DNA of 64,000 bases from Hypanus sabinus. Lineage: Eukaryota. Of the stretch, positions 13,246 through 24,932 are shown piece by piece. Position 1 is the first letter of the stretch; the number at the start of each line of letters is the position of its first letter. The notes under the pieces were generated by a model. It was not told the origin of the DNA and did not search any database. It saw only the letters and a list, made by a program, of their open reading frames with translations. The DNA lies in NCBI RefSeq assembly GCF_030144855.1, contig NC_082712.1, positions 13,330,001 to 13,394,000 on the forward strand. The letters are read 5' to 3'. The translations under genes were made by a program, and so were the position numbers.

Positions 13246-13389
13246 AGTGTGTTGGAAACATAGGAAGATAGAAAATCTACAGTGCATTACAGGCCATTCA
13301 GCCCACAATGTTGTGCTGACCATGTAAACTACTTTAGGCACTGCCTGGAATTCCCCTTCCACATAGCGCTCTCTTTTTCTGAGGAAGAA

Positions 13390-14250
13390 GTGAAGTGACA
13401 TTGGAGAATCAGGGTCTACTCTGCGGACTGTTACACAAAGCACCACTTGTAATGATGAGCAACTTCACAACTGAAAAGAATGTGGGTTCTCCAACGAACT
13501 ACGTATGTGCACCCTACTGGAATCCCTGACCCTCCATGAATAGTGAATGAAGAAGAAAGCGATTATCTGGGAAATGAGTCCACACTGGCTAGGTGTTCCT
13601 CATGGTCTCGATCTCCACATGTCCTCCTTATCCCTGATGGTTGTTCTCTGACTGCGGGAGAGTTATGGCTCCTACGTATTTGGAGCTCCTGAATTTTATA
13701 CTGTTCCTCATCAATTGAACTGGTGGATCTCCATCCCTTTGACTCAAGGTCACCTGACCTACCTGGGTCACCTTCTCATTGCTCATTATACAGGGCAACA
13801 ACCCACATTGTTTCCTGGTCCTGCCCACCCCAGACTTGTGTATTTGAGTCTTTCAACTCTGACTGGTCCAAACCCATTAAACTTGGTGACCCAGACAGAG
13901 TCTAACGAGAATACAGATTGATTCTTTGGTAGGTCTGGCATTTTACATAATAAGTAGCTCCTCCTCCGAGAATGGGCTCAGGTTTAGCAGGTCCTTCGGG
14001 TCCTGAAGTTTCTCATGTCCACTTTCAGTTGCTCTGATTAGATTATCCAAGAGCATGAATATAGTTCAGAATCCACAAAATGGGGGTGTGAGGGAACAAA
14101 GACAACTGGTCTGTCTCCTTCCCCTGAACTTGATTCATCAAATCCACTAATTGTAGACTGTAGATTCTTCTGGCCAACATCTTCCTCCTCTTCATCCAAA
14201 GATATTTATCCTGAGATCATTATCCTCCTCTCATTCAGATGACTGCCCAT
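13390..14250 (-). pseudogene. ERV post-env region, possible accessory ORF(s)
   Basis: It lies directly 3' of env on the proviral strand, matches no repeat I recognise, and has long open stretches (DEEEEDVG...; KMPDLPKNQSVFSLDSVWVTKFNGFGP...GCCP). Confidence 0.35.
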
Positions 14251-14369
14251 AGGACTGCCTTGTAGGTGTGTAACACTTACATTCTATAAATAATTTTAAC
14301 ATTTACTAACTAACTTCACCCACTTTATACTGACAATCGTCTCTGCTTTTTCATGAAAACCTTATCCTC

Positions 14370-16290
14370 CATTTTTTTTCCATTATTGCGTCTTCTCAGT
14401 TGATATACCTCAGGGGGCATAAAATTAGTACTGCAGCGGTATGTGATACTATTCTTACCCATGGATGTATTTGAACATTTGTCCTCCAATTCCAAAACTT
14501 ACTCCAAAAGCCTGGTGACTCAATATTTCATTTGCTTCTGCAGCGTGTGTTTTAATTACTTTAGTGTGTTTAGTCCATCGATGGATTATCTCCGTTTTCT
14601 CTGCCACAACACGTGTCCAGTCTGCAGTCAAGTGAGGAAGTGGTGGCAACTCAGTAACAACACAGTCCCACAGATATTGATCTGTATCTGTGCATCGAGT
14701 CTTGAAGTTCTCCCCCTGGCTGAGGCAAAGTTCATCCTCCAATGGCCAGGTCTAAAGTCACGTTCCCTCTCATGATATTGTGACTTTCCAAAAGGGCATT
14801 GTTTCCATCCCTTGGTATAACTTGTGGGCCCTGTTGCTATGTAATACGTCTGTCCCACCAATGCATATTGTAAGAAAGCCTAGTTATTCACAGGCAAAAT
14901 GGACAATGAATAATTTTCACAAGTACAGGTTTTAAGCTTCTGCTTTGTCATTCCTTCTGGACAAGATCAGTTGTCTCCCTCTTGATGGCATCTTGATAAA
15001 TCGCTCCCTTTCCCAGTACCATTCATAACAGTAGCATATATCAGTGGGTTACTTAAGGATATCTATGTATTCTGATGATACTTTCCAACATTGTGAACAT
15101 CTTTTCAAAATGTAGGTTGAATTATTTCCATATGGGGAAAATATGGAATACCACTCTGACATAAAAAAAACCTTCCTTTACCATCATCACGGGTATCGAG
15201 TTCTCTGTTGGTTACTGTAAGGCTTCTGATATGATACAATGGCACCCTTTCTCCAACCCATTCTTTCAGATGCTCATCTGAGACCCAGTTTGCTCCTTGA
15301 TGTGCATCAAGTTGCAACAGATTAGTGCCAGTCATGGTGAGCAACCAACTAGCATACGGAGCACGGATCTCAGTTTTCTGCATTTCCTTAGACGTGAGGT
15401 CTATGTGGTCAGTAATCGGATTTGTTGTATCATGAAGGGGCTACAGAAATTTACCAGTAACAGGGTTACCCGGATGCATCTCAACCAATCTGATTAGTTT
15501 GTACCCAATCTCTGTAATTCTCTCCAGTAATATCCCTTATTTTCTGCTGGAGGGACTGTGTCTGGTTTTCTAATTCTGCTACATCGAGGCTGTTGACTGT
15601 TGCTGCCCCTGATGCATAACCTACTCCCACTAATTCCAGTAGTCCTCTTTTCCTACTGACTTGACAGGCCTAACCTCGCTCTGCTTCGTTGTCTCTCACA
15701 AGGGTGAGCAAATAATTGTTTTGTTGTAGGTGAGCACTATTCAGGCACCATTATTTCAGTTAAATTAAAAATTATCTAGGAGTGCTCGTACCCTGGTGCC
15801 AAAGTGTCAAATTCCCTTGTATCTCCTAACACTAAGCCTGTCCCATTTGTGTTACGCTGGGTCTCACTACATTTAGGCTCTGGTATAGTTTCCATCACCT
15901 GTGGGTATGGAGTAGTGATTTTTCTAATAGTTTTGAAAACCTGGAAAGGGCCTGGCCACTGACAAAAACTGTAATATTTAAGGATAATATCCGCTCTTAC
16001 TTCCAGTTTAAATCTTAAATTATTTTGTGCATATTTTCTACTTGTTTTTCTAGACAAACCAGTCCAGACTCCCAGTTGTCTTTGGATTCAAGGCATCCAT
16101 TTTTCCTCACCCAATTTTGTTTTTAGATAGGAGAGACAAACACTGGCATATCTTCCTTTCCGTTTGATTTTTTTGACAAAATTCCCCTGTTTCTCAGGAT
16201 GTGGAAAATAAAAATCACCTCCTTGAGTGGGCAGGTTCCCATCTTCTTGGAACAGTTGCTCCATCCTCAAGTCCCCCAAATCAGGACTAC
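14370..16290 (-). pseudogene. env: ERV env, class I fusion protein resembling pneumo/paramyxovirus F (lokiretrovirus-like), with stops and frameshifts
   Basis: A hydrophobic LMYMVVLIWG leader; SRKR|GLLELVGVGYASGAATVNSLDVAELENQTQSLQQK at 15654-15541; Cys-rich GSDLSRCHQEGDN*SCP...TCTC; membrane-proximal HPWVRIVSHTAAVLIL. Confidence 0.75.
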
Positions 16291-16329
16291 CATGTACATC
16301 AATTGTTATGTCCTGATGGTGATAACATT

Positions 16330-16790
16330 CCTGTTTCTCCCCCACCAATTTCAGCTGGTTGATATGGTACCACCCACTTTTATCGTGAGAAGTCAGCACT
16401 GTGCACTAAAGGGTTTGCTTTGTCTATAATTTCATAGGGCCCTGCGAACCTTGGATTTAACAATGAGTGGGTTGGTGTTTCTAATCATCACTCATTGTCC
16501 TGGGTTTAATTCCATGGGACTGACTTTTGAGTCAAAGCCGAATTTACTCTGTTGCTTCTTCTTTCCTATTTGGTAGGCTGCCACATAACTGGCCTCTTTC
16601 ACTGCCTCTACTAATTGCTGTACCACTTTTCTGAAACAAACCCATTGATATCAAGTTCTGACAAATCTAATCCTAACAACTCCTCCTTTCATATCCCTTC
16701 CGGTCATGAATTTATACGGGATATAACCAGTTGAAGACACCACTGTATTCCTTATTGTCATCAAGGTACAAGGAAAATCTAATTCTAACT
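16330..16790 (-). pseudogene. pol: ERV integrase C-terminal part (HHCC and DDE core deleted)
   Basis: LMTIRNTVVSSTGYIPYKFMTGRDM (end of IN core), GPYEIIDK (GPY/F motif) and GWYHINQLK. Confidence 0.8.
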
Positions 16791-16914
16791 GCTCTAATCC
16801 TCTAATGTCCTTTCTGCTCAACCCTTGCGGAGTCCTCTGTTAAATCCATAACAATCTGTTTTCCCTTCTGCCTTCCAGACTCCCAACTTGTAGCTGCCAT
16901 TTCTGCCCAATTCA

Positions 16915-17090
16915 CAGTTGCACCTTGCTTCGCCAATTTATCAGCTTTTCTATTTCCCTCAGGAGATGATTTAGAGTGAGACTTCACCTTTATGACTCCA
17001 TATTATTTTCACTTTGCAACTCCAAATATATATTGTAATAAATCAGCAGATGGGAGGGGCCTGCATTAGCTGAAACAAACCCCCTGTTGT
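16915..17090 (-). pseudogene. pol: ERV RNase H C-terminus
   Basis: GFVSAN...PSADLLQYIF...VIKVKSHSKSSPEGNRKADKLAKQGA matches the retroviral RNase H K.H...GN..AD..AK motif. Confidence 0.8.
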
Positions 17091-17149
17091 GTTCACTTTC
17101 TGTTTCTCTTGTTTTCCATCTCAACCCCATTCTCCTCCCTTCTCCCCAC

Positions 17150-17460
17150 AACCTTTAACTCCTTGACTAAACAGGAACCTATGAAGTTCTGCTTTAAATA
17201 TGGTCAATGACTTGGCCTCCACAGCTGCCTGTGGAAATGAATTCCACAGATTCACCACTCCCTGGCTAAAGAAATTCCTCCTCATCTCTGTTCTAAATTG
17301 CCGTCCATCTATACTGAGGCTGTGCCCTCAGTTCCAAGACTTCCCCAAAATTGGAAACATTCTCTCCAGGTCTCTCAGTATTGTATGGGTTTCAGTGAGA
17401 TCCGCTGCAGCCCCCAACATTCTTCTAAACTTCAGTGAGTAGAAGACCAGAGTTATCAAA
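17150..17460 (-). mobile_element. CR1 3' fragment
   Basis: DLERMFPILGKS and ggaaatgaattccacagattcaccact, typical of a reverse CR1 3' end. Confidence 0.6.
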
Positions 17461-17730
17461 CACCATAGACAGCACCCTGTCTGGGTGCATCTCGGCTCGA
17501 TGTGGTCCATCTCTGTCTGTGACACAAGAAGCTATTTATTTTGATGAATGTGTGACAGATAAAGCCAACCTGTAACTTTATCTTGCACAAGTCACTGATA
17601 GTTCTGTGTTGTTTTTCCTACCGCAATGAAAGAGGAGATATTTCCAGCTACTTCCTCACTTACCACATCCCTAAAAGAAAAGTTCAGTCTTTTCAACTGT
17701 GAAATTATTTGGCATTATTTTTATCAACAC

Positions 17731-20076
17731 TCAGACCAAACACAGTCTGTCCGATCTCCCCTCAGACCAAACCCAGTCTGTCCGATCTCCCTCAGACCAA
17801 ACCCAGTCTGTCCAATCTCCCCTCAGATCAAACCCAGTCTGTCCGATCTCCCCTCAGACCAAACCCAGTCTGTCCGATCTCCCTCAGACCAAACCCAGTC
17901 TGTCCAATCTCCCCTCAGACCAAACCCAGTCTGTCCGATCTCCCCTCAGACCAAACCCAGTCTGTCCGATCTCCCCTCAGACCAAACCCAGTCTGACTGA
18001 TCTCCCCTCAGACCAAACCCAGTCTGTCCGATCTCCCTCAAACCAAACCCAATCTGTCTGATCTCCCCTCAGACCAAACCCAGTCTGTCCGATCTCCCTC
18101 AGACCAAACCCAGTCTGTCCGATCTCCCTCAGACCAAACCCAGTCTGTCCAATCTCCCCTCAGATCAAACCCAGTCTGTCCGATCTCCCCTCAGACCAAA
18201 CCCAGTCTGTCCGATCTCCCTCAGACCAAACCCAGTCTGTCCGATCTCCCCTCAGACCAAACCCAGTCTGTCCGATCTCCCCTCAGACCAAACCCAGTCT
18301 GTCCGATCTCCCTCAAACCAAACCCAATCTGTCTGATCTCCCCTCAGACCAAACCCAGTCTGTCCGATCTCCCTCAGACCAAACCCAGTCTGTCCGATCT
18401 CCCTCAGACCAAACCCAGTCTGTCCAATCTCCCCTCAGATCAAACCCAGTCTGTCCGATCTCCCCTCAGACCAAACCCAGTCTGTCCGATCTCCCTCAGA
18501 CCAAACCCAGTCTGTCCGATCTCCCCTCAGACCAAACCCAGTCTGTCCGATCTCCCCTCAGACCAAACCCAGTCTGTCCAATCTCCCCTCAGACCAAACC
18601 CAGTCTGTCCGATCTCACCTCAGATCAAACCCAGTCTGTCCGATCTCCCCTCAGACCAAACCCAGTCTGTCCGATCTCCTCAGACCAAACCCAATCTGTC
18701 CAATCTCCCCTCAGACCAAACCCAGTCTGTCCGATCTCCCCTCAGACCAAACCCAGTCTGTCCGATCTCCCCTCAGACCAAACCCAGTCTGACTGATCTC
18801 CCCTCAGACCAAACCCAGTCTGTCCGATCTCCCTCAAACCAAACCCAATCTGTCTGATCTCCCCTCAGACCAAACCCAGTCTGTCCGATCTCCCTCAGAC
18901 CAAACCCAGTCTGTCCGATCTCCCTCAGACCAAACCCAGTCTGTCCAATCTCCCCTCAGATCAAACCCAGTCTGTCCGATCTCCCCTCAGACCAAACCCA
19001 GTCTGTCCGATCTCCCTCAGACCAAACCCAGTCTGTCCGATCTCCCCTCAGACCAAACCCAGTCTGTCCGATCTCCCCTCAGACCAAACCCAGTCTGTCC
19101 AATCTCCCCTCAGACCAAACCCAGTCTGTCCGATCTCCCCTCAGACCAAACCCAGTCTGTCCGATCTCCCCTCAGACCAAACACAGTCTGACTGATCTCC
19201 CCTCAGACCAAACCCAGTCTGTCCGATCTCCCTCAAACCAAACCCAATCTGTAGGATCTCCCCTCAGACCAAACCCAGTTTGTCCGATCTCCCCTCAGAC
19301 CAAACCCAGTCTGTCCGATCTCCCCTCAGACCAAACCCAGTCTGTCCGATCTCCCCTCAGACCAAACCCAGTCTGTCCGATCTCCCCTCAGACCAAACCC
19401 AGTCTGTCCGATCTCCCCTCAGACCAAACCCAGTCTGTCTGATCTCCCCTCAGACCAAACACAGTCTGACTGATCTCCCCTCAGACCAAACCCAGTCTGT
19501 CCGATCTCCCTCAAACCAAACCCAATCTGTAGGATCTCCCCTCAGACCAAACCCAGTTTGTCCGATCTCCCCTCAGACCAAACCCAGTCTGTCCGATCTC
19601 CCCTCAGACCAAACCCAGTCTGTCCGATCTCCCCTCAGACCAAACACAGTCTGACTGATCTCCCCTCAGACCAAACCCAGTCTGTCCGATCTCCCTCAAA
19701 CCAAACCCAATCTGTAGGATCTCCCCTCAGACCAAACCCAGTTTGTCCGATCTCCCCTCAGACCAAACCCAGTCTGTCCGATCTCCCCTCAGACCAAACC
19801 CAGTCTGTCCGATCTCCCCTCAGACCAAACCCAGTCTGTCCGATCTCCCCTCAGACCAAACCCAGTCTGTCTGATCTCCTCTCAGATCAAACCCAGTCTG
19901 TTCGATCTCCCTCAGACCAAACCCAGTCTGTCCGATCTTCACTCAGAATAAACCCAGCCTTTGTGATCTCTCCACAGTCTCTCATCAGTACAAACTCACT
20001 CTCTGAAAGCACCTCAGTCACTCCAGAAAACAAAGCCAGTCTCTGTCTGATCTCTCCTCAGAGCAAACCCAGTCCC
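17731..20076 (+). repeat. 30/31-bp minisatellite, about 70 regular units plus degenerate 3' units
   Basis: Unit TCAGACCAAACCCAGTCTGTCCGATCTCCC(C), head-to-tail with no spacers. Confidence 0.97.
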
Positions 20077-21138
20077 AAGGGGGGAGGGCGGGATGTGAAT
20101 ATGGAGGTAGTGATTGGCATGATTTAGCAGATGAAGCTACTAGATATGGTTATGATAATTATAAAATACCATTTCCTGAGGAATTCCCACCGACTCCCTA
20201 CCATAGGGGGTCAGTGCTACTGTCTGCACGATTGGCACCCCTCATTACTCTCAGAGAGGAGGGAGCATGACAGCAAATCAAACTCAGACTGTAACATACA
20301 CCACACTGTTCGGTGTACAGCAACTTAAAGATATTGCTGAGGATATCAGGACAAGTGTGCTCAGAGACGATACTCAAGAGCTTTTCCAGGCAACTAGCCA
20401 TCAGAGAGAACTTCAAGGAAAGGAGATTGATTATAATGTGTCCATCCAAATATGCACTCGGCTTTGCCGAATCTACAGTGAGATGGTGGGGGACTGAAGA
20501 ACGCAATATTGACTGCTATGGGTGTTAACAGAGGGGACCCAGTCAACGCACTAAACACATTTTACCGGAGGAGAGGTGAACATCCCACTGCATTTGCAAC
20601 CCATTTATGGACTGTGTTCCAAGGAGTGTAGGAACAGCAGTAGAGTGTGGCCATTTAGACGGTTGTGGATACTGGCATCTCACTATACCGTTGAATCTAA
20701 AAAGGCACTGGAAATGTTTGATCCTTCTGAACCGACACATACTGAGGCACGGTCACTGAGGAAAATATGTAGAGCGAGGGAAAAGGAGATACAGAGACCA
20801 TCTAAACTCCCTAATGGGAAGGTAATGCCTGTTAAATTCAGGCACCTGAATGGAGAATTAATGGTAGGGGACACACCCCAAGGGCCTCCCTGCCACACCA
20901 TCAAGGGGCAAGGAAGGGCAGAGGAAATGGAACAGGGCCAGGAACAGGGAGAACTGAAGGTGGAGTAATTAAATGCTATAACTGTGGCCAAGAGGGACAG
21001 ATGAAGAGAGAATGTCCAAACCTGAGACAGGAAAGAGCAGAACAATGCAGTTTGTCTTTGGAGGGGCCAGAAAGATGGAGCCCACAGAATAACATGGTGG
21101 AGACACCATCCAGGGAATTGTACCCTGAGTCTGAGTGA
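20077..21138 (+). pseudogene. gag: ERV gag, inverted duplicate copy
   Basis: TVTYTTLFGVQQLKDIA...; KCYNCGQEGQMKREC zinc knuckle at 20974-21015 (His replaced by Gln); TGA at 21136-38. Confidence 0.75.
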
Positions 21139-21678
21139 TGGTGTCAGGCCTCACCAACATGGGTGTGACACAAGGTGGAATGAAACCAGAAGACCTTGAG
21201 TGATTGGTAGGGTCGGAGGCTGTCCTGTTACCTTTTTATGGGACACTGGATGATCCTGAACGACCGTCAACACCACTAATGTAAATAACGTAAATTGGGA
21301 GATTCAAGGTAGTGTTATTCTCATTGGATTGTCAGACATCCACAAGTGGGACGTGTGAGTGTGCCATTGGAATTAAGGATAGGAGACATAGCATCGAAAC
21401 ATTCAACAGTGCTGGTGGAATTACCCAGGGAGCAGGAACATATACTGGGGACTGATTACCTGGCCAAAGTGGGACTTTGTTTTGATCCAGTTAATTGTAT
21501 GATTCCCATAATTGTATTGCTCCATAATTCCCCATCTATATTTCACCAGCGCTTAGAGAAAGGTTTAAATGATTTTCAAATCCTGAGTGCTTGATACAGT
21601 ACATAGAAGATCTATTCCTGCAGATTGAAACTAAGCAGGAATATTATCAGCTATTGACAGAACTGCTGCAATTATTAG
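21139..21678 (+). pseudogene. pol: ERV protease plus deleted RT, inverted duplicate copy
   Basis: PVTFLWDTG (21239-50), HILGTDYL, then a jump to HNSPSIFHQRL and IQYIEDLF (YxDD decayed). Confidence 0.8.
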
Positions 21679-22130
21679 CAACACAAACAAAATGCTGGAG
21701 GAACTCAGCAGGCCAGGCAGCATCTTATGGGAAAGAGTACAGTCAACATTTCAGTCCAAAACCCTTCAGTGCGACTGGAGGGAAAAAGCTGAGGAGTAGA
21801 TTTAAAAGGTGGGGGGAGAGAGAAACACCGGGTGCAACCTGGAGGGGAAGGGATGAAGTAAAGAGCTGGGGAGTTGATTGGTGAAAGAGACAGTCTGCCA
21901 TGGAAGAAAGAAAAAGGGGAAGAAGCACCAAGGGGAGGCAATGGGTGGGAAAGGAGATATCATGAGAGAGGGAAAAGGGTTGGGAAATGTTGAAGGGGCG
22001 GAGGTGGGGGGTATTACTGAAACTTTGAGAAATCGATGTGCATGCCATCAGGTTGGAGGTGTTAAGGTGTTACTCTTTTCCATAGATACTAACTGGCCTG
22101 CTGACTTCCTCCAGCATTTTGTGTGTGTTC
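21679..22130. mobile_element. Penelope-derived segment with inverted termini at the centre of the large palindrome
   Basis: caacacaaacaaaatgctggaggaactcagcagg at the left end and its reverse complement cctgctgacttcctccagcattttgtgtgtgtt at the right end, with a purine-rich reverse Penelope 3' region between. Confidence 0.7.
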
Positions 22131-22250
22131 CTAATAATTGCAGCAGTTCTGTCAATAACTGATAAAGTTCCTGCTTAGTTCACTCTGCAGGAGTAGATCA
22201 CATATGTACTGAATCAAACACTCGGGTTTTGAAAACCGTTTAAACCTTTC
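22131..22250 (-). pseudogene. pol: ERV RT motif C region, main copy, left of hAT insertion
   Basis: The reverse complement aligns with 21550-21678 at roughly 88% by eye. Confidence 0.8.
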
Positions 22251-22258
22251 CCCTAAGC

Positions 22259-24932
22259 CAGGGGTCGGCAACCCGCGGCTCCAGACCCGCATGCGGCTCT
22301 TTCATCTCTGTGCTGCGGCTCCTTGTGGCTTTGGAAAATAAATGATGAGTATTTAATTAAAATGTATTTTATGTTAGTTTGTTAGTTTTTGAAATGTAAT
22401 TCTAAATTTGAAGATTATGGTGATCTTGTACAATCTAAATAAAACGTGTTTTTTGTCGCTATTAATATATGTCACCACTACCAATGCCTGACACCCGCCA
22501 GTGCGTGATTTCTTTAATTTTTCGATCCAAGTTAGGCGAACTATGGAGAATTCTAAAAGAAGAAAAGTGACTGAAGAAAACAGAACTTTTAATGATACGT
22601 GGGCAGATTCATTTGCTTTCACTGTTGACGAGACTGGTTTACCGGTATGCTTAATATGCAATGAGAAACTAGCAACCAGCAAAAAGTCAAAAGTCGCAAG
22701 ACATTTCCAGCAAACACGCAGGCTTTGCTCAAAAATATCCAGATGGAGATGAGAGAAAAAAAGCCGTTTCGGAAATGATGCGGAAGGTTGAGCTGAGCAA
22801 AAATCATTTCAAGAAGTGGATGAAGTCTGGAAAATCAACTACATATGCTAGTTTTGTTGCCGCTCAGGAAATAGTCAGGCACGGGAAGCAGTTTACAGAT
22901 GGTGAATATATAAAATAATCTTTCATTAAGATTTCAGAATATCTATTCACGGACTTTCAAAATAAAAGTGAAATTGTGCAGAAAATCAGGAATATGCCCC
23001 TCTTTGCAAAGACTGTCAAAGACAGAACCATAAAAATGGCAGAAGACATCACAAGACAGCAAATTAAAGACATCAATTCAGCTGTGGCCTACTCGATTGC
23101 CTGTGACGAGTCTAAAGACAAAGGTGATATTGAACAAATAGCGCTGTTCTGCTGGTATGTAAACTCTGCCTGGCCACAGGAAGAAATGATTGAGTTGATA
23201 CCTCTAAAAGGCCAAACACAGGGGGAGGACATCTATGAGGCTGTCTTGAATTGTTTAAGAGCCAAAGTACTAACGACCACCCACCTGGTGTCAGTAGCTA
23301 CTGATGGGGCACCAAGTATGACAGGAGCGTACAAGGGATTTGTGGCTTTACTGCAGAAGTCGCTGGGCAGAAAGCTGCTGACTTTTCACTGCATCTTGCA
23401 CCAAGAGGCTTTGTGCACTCAAACATTTCCTCCGGAATGCACAGGTAATGGATGTTGTCATTCAGATTGTCAATAAAATAATGGCAAAAAGTTTAAAACA
23501 CCGTCAATTCAGTTTGTTACTGGACGAGCTGGAAAGCGCATATCCAGATCTCCTGCTGCACAACAAAGTCCAGTGGCTGTCAAGAGGGGAGGTGCTGAAA
23601 CGATTTGTCGCGTGTCTGGAAGAAGTGAAAACTTTCCTGGGCAGCAAAGGGCTCACCTTTCCTGAGCTGGAACAGCCAGAGTGGCTGTAAAAGCTACACT
23701 TCATGGTAGACATGACAGCGCACCTGAACACGCTGAACACAGCTCTTCAGGGGAAAGGACGCACAGCCCTGCACATGTTGGAGGATGTTTTGGCATTTGA
23801 GCGCAAGTTGACAGTGCTTGCCAGAGATTTACAGAAAGGCACATTGTCTCACTTCCCCAATTTGAGAGAGTTCAAACAAGCTCACAACATGATAAATTCA
23901 GAGTATTGACATTCTGCAATCATCGCAATGCCGCATCATTTGGGAAATGCTTCTGTGAGTTCAGAGAAGGAAAAAACACATTATCCTTCCCGGTCACTCC
24001 CCTAAGCATCGATCCATCCCTACTGAATACGACTGCATTGGCAGGTGTGAGTCAACCTGATCTTGAGATGGAACTGGCCGACATAGCCGACAATGGGTGT
24101 CCAAGTTTAGACGCTTGACAGCAGACCTTGAAGATGTTGCCGGTCAGAAGGCCGTTCTTGCTCAGAATCATAAATGGAGTGATATTGAAAACCTCCCCAA
24201 TCCGGACAAACTTGTGTTGGAAACATGGAATGCTATCCCTGACATTTATGTAAACATTAAAAAGTATGCGCTTGGAGTCCTGTCGATCTTTGGATCCACA
24301 TATGTATGTGAGCAGGTGTTCTCCTACATGAACTTTATTAAAAACAAACATCGCGCACGCCTCACAGATGACAGCTTGCGATCCTGTGTAAAGATGAAGG
24401 TGACGTCATAAAGCCCTGATGTGCAGACGCTGTGCGCTGAGGTCCAGGAGCAGAGATCCCATTAACCAAGAATGATAAGTATTTTAATTGCCTATTATTT
24501 TATGTATATTCAATTTTTTTCATTTTTCAGTGAAATAGTACTTTTATTTTCAGGTTGACAGCTGGCTGACGCTATTTTTGGTTTGCTGCTGGCGGACAAT
24601 TTAAGTTTGGCGTTTTTCATAAATACAAGAAGGACTCAAATAGATTGAGTATTTTACTTAAAAGTAACCTTCAACCCAACGTCTTTTTTTCGGAGTTCAA
24701 AATGTTTTTGTTGCATGCAGAAATGTAATTTTGTTTTCTCTGCAGGAGTTCATCGATTACATAAATGCAACACATTATAGTTTGTTTATACATAGCATAA
24801 AGGCAAAAAAACCGTTGTATGCAGTGTTATGTCATTTTAAATGTCAAACGGGTTTTGTGGCTCCCAGTGTTTTCTTTTCTGTGGGAAACAGGTCCAAATG
24901 GCTCTTTCAGTGGTAAAGGTTGCCGGCCCCTG
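22259..24932 (+). mobile_element. Complete hAT DNA transposon (Charlie/Buster/SPIN-like)
   Basis: TIRs CAGGGGTCGGCAACC (22259-73) and GGTTGCCGGCCCCTG (24918-32); perfect 8-bp TSD CCCTAAGC at 22251-58 and 24933-40. Confidence 0.93.
22543..24411 (+). pseudogene. hAT transposase (GTF2IRD2/SPIN-like), frameshifted with stops
   Basis: PVCLIC (BED finger), IACDESKD, VATDGAPSM, CILHQEALC, FGSTYVCEQVFS and hATC end; split over several ORFs. Confidence 0.9.

Noticed and set aside
17731-20076. CRISPR-like array, or genes from the SDQTQSVRSP / PQTKPSLSDL ORFs
   Set aside because: The units are head-to-tail with no unique spacers, there are no cas genes, and the context is eukaryotic. The ORFs arise from a stop-free repeat unit.
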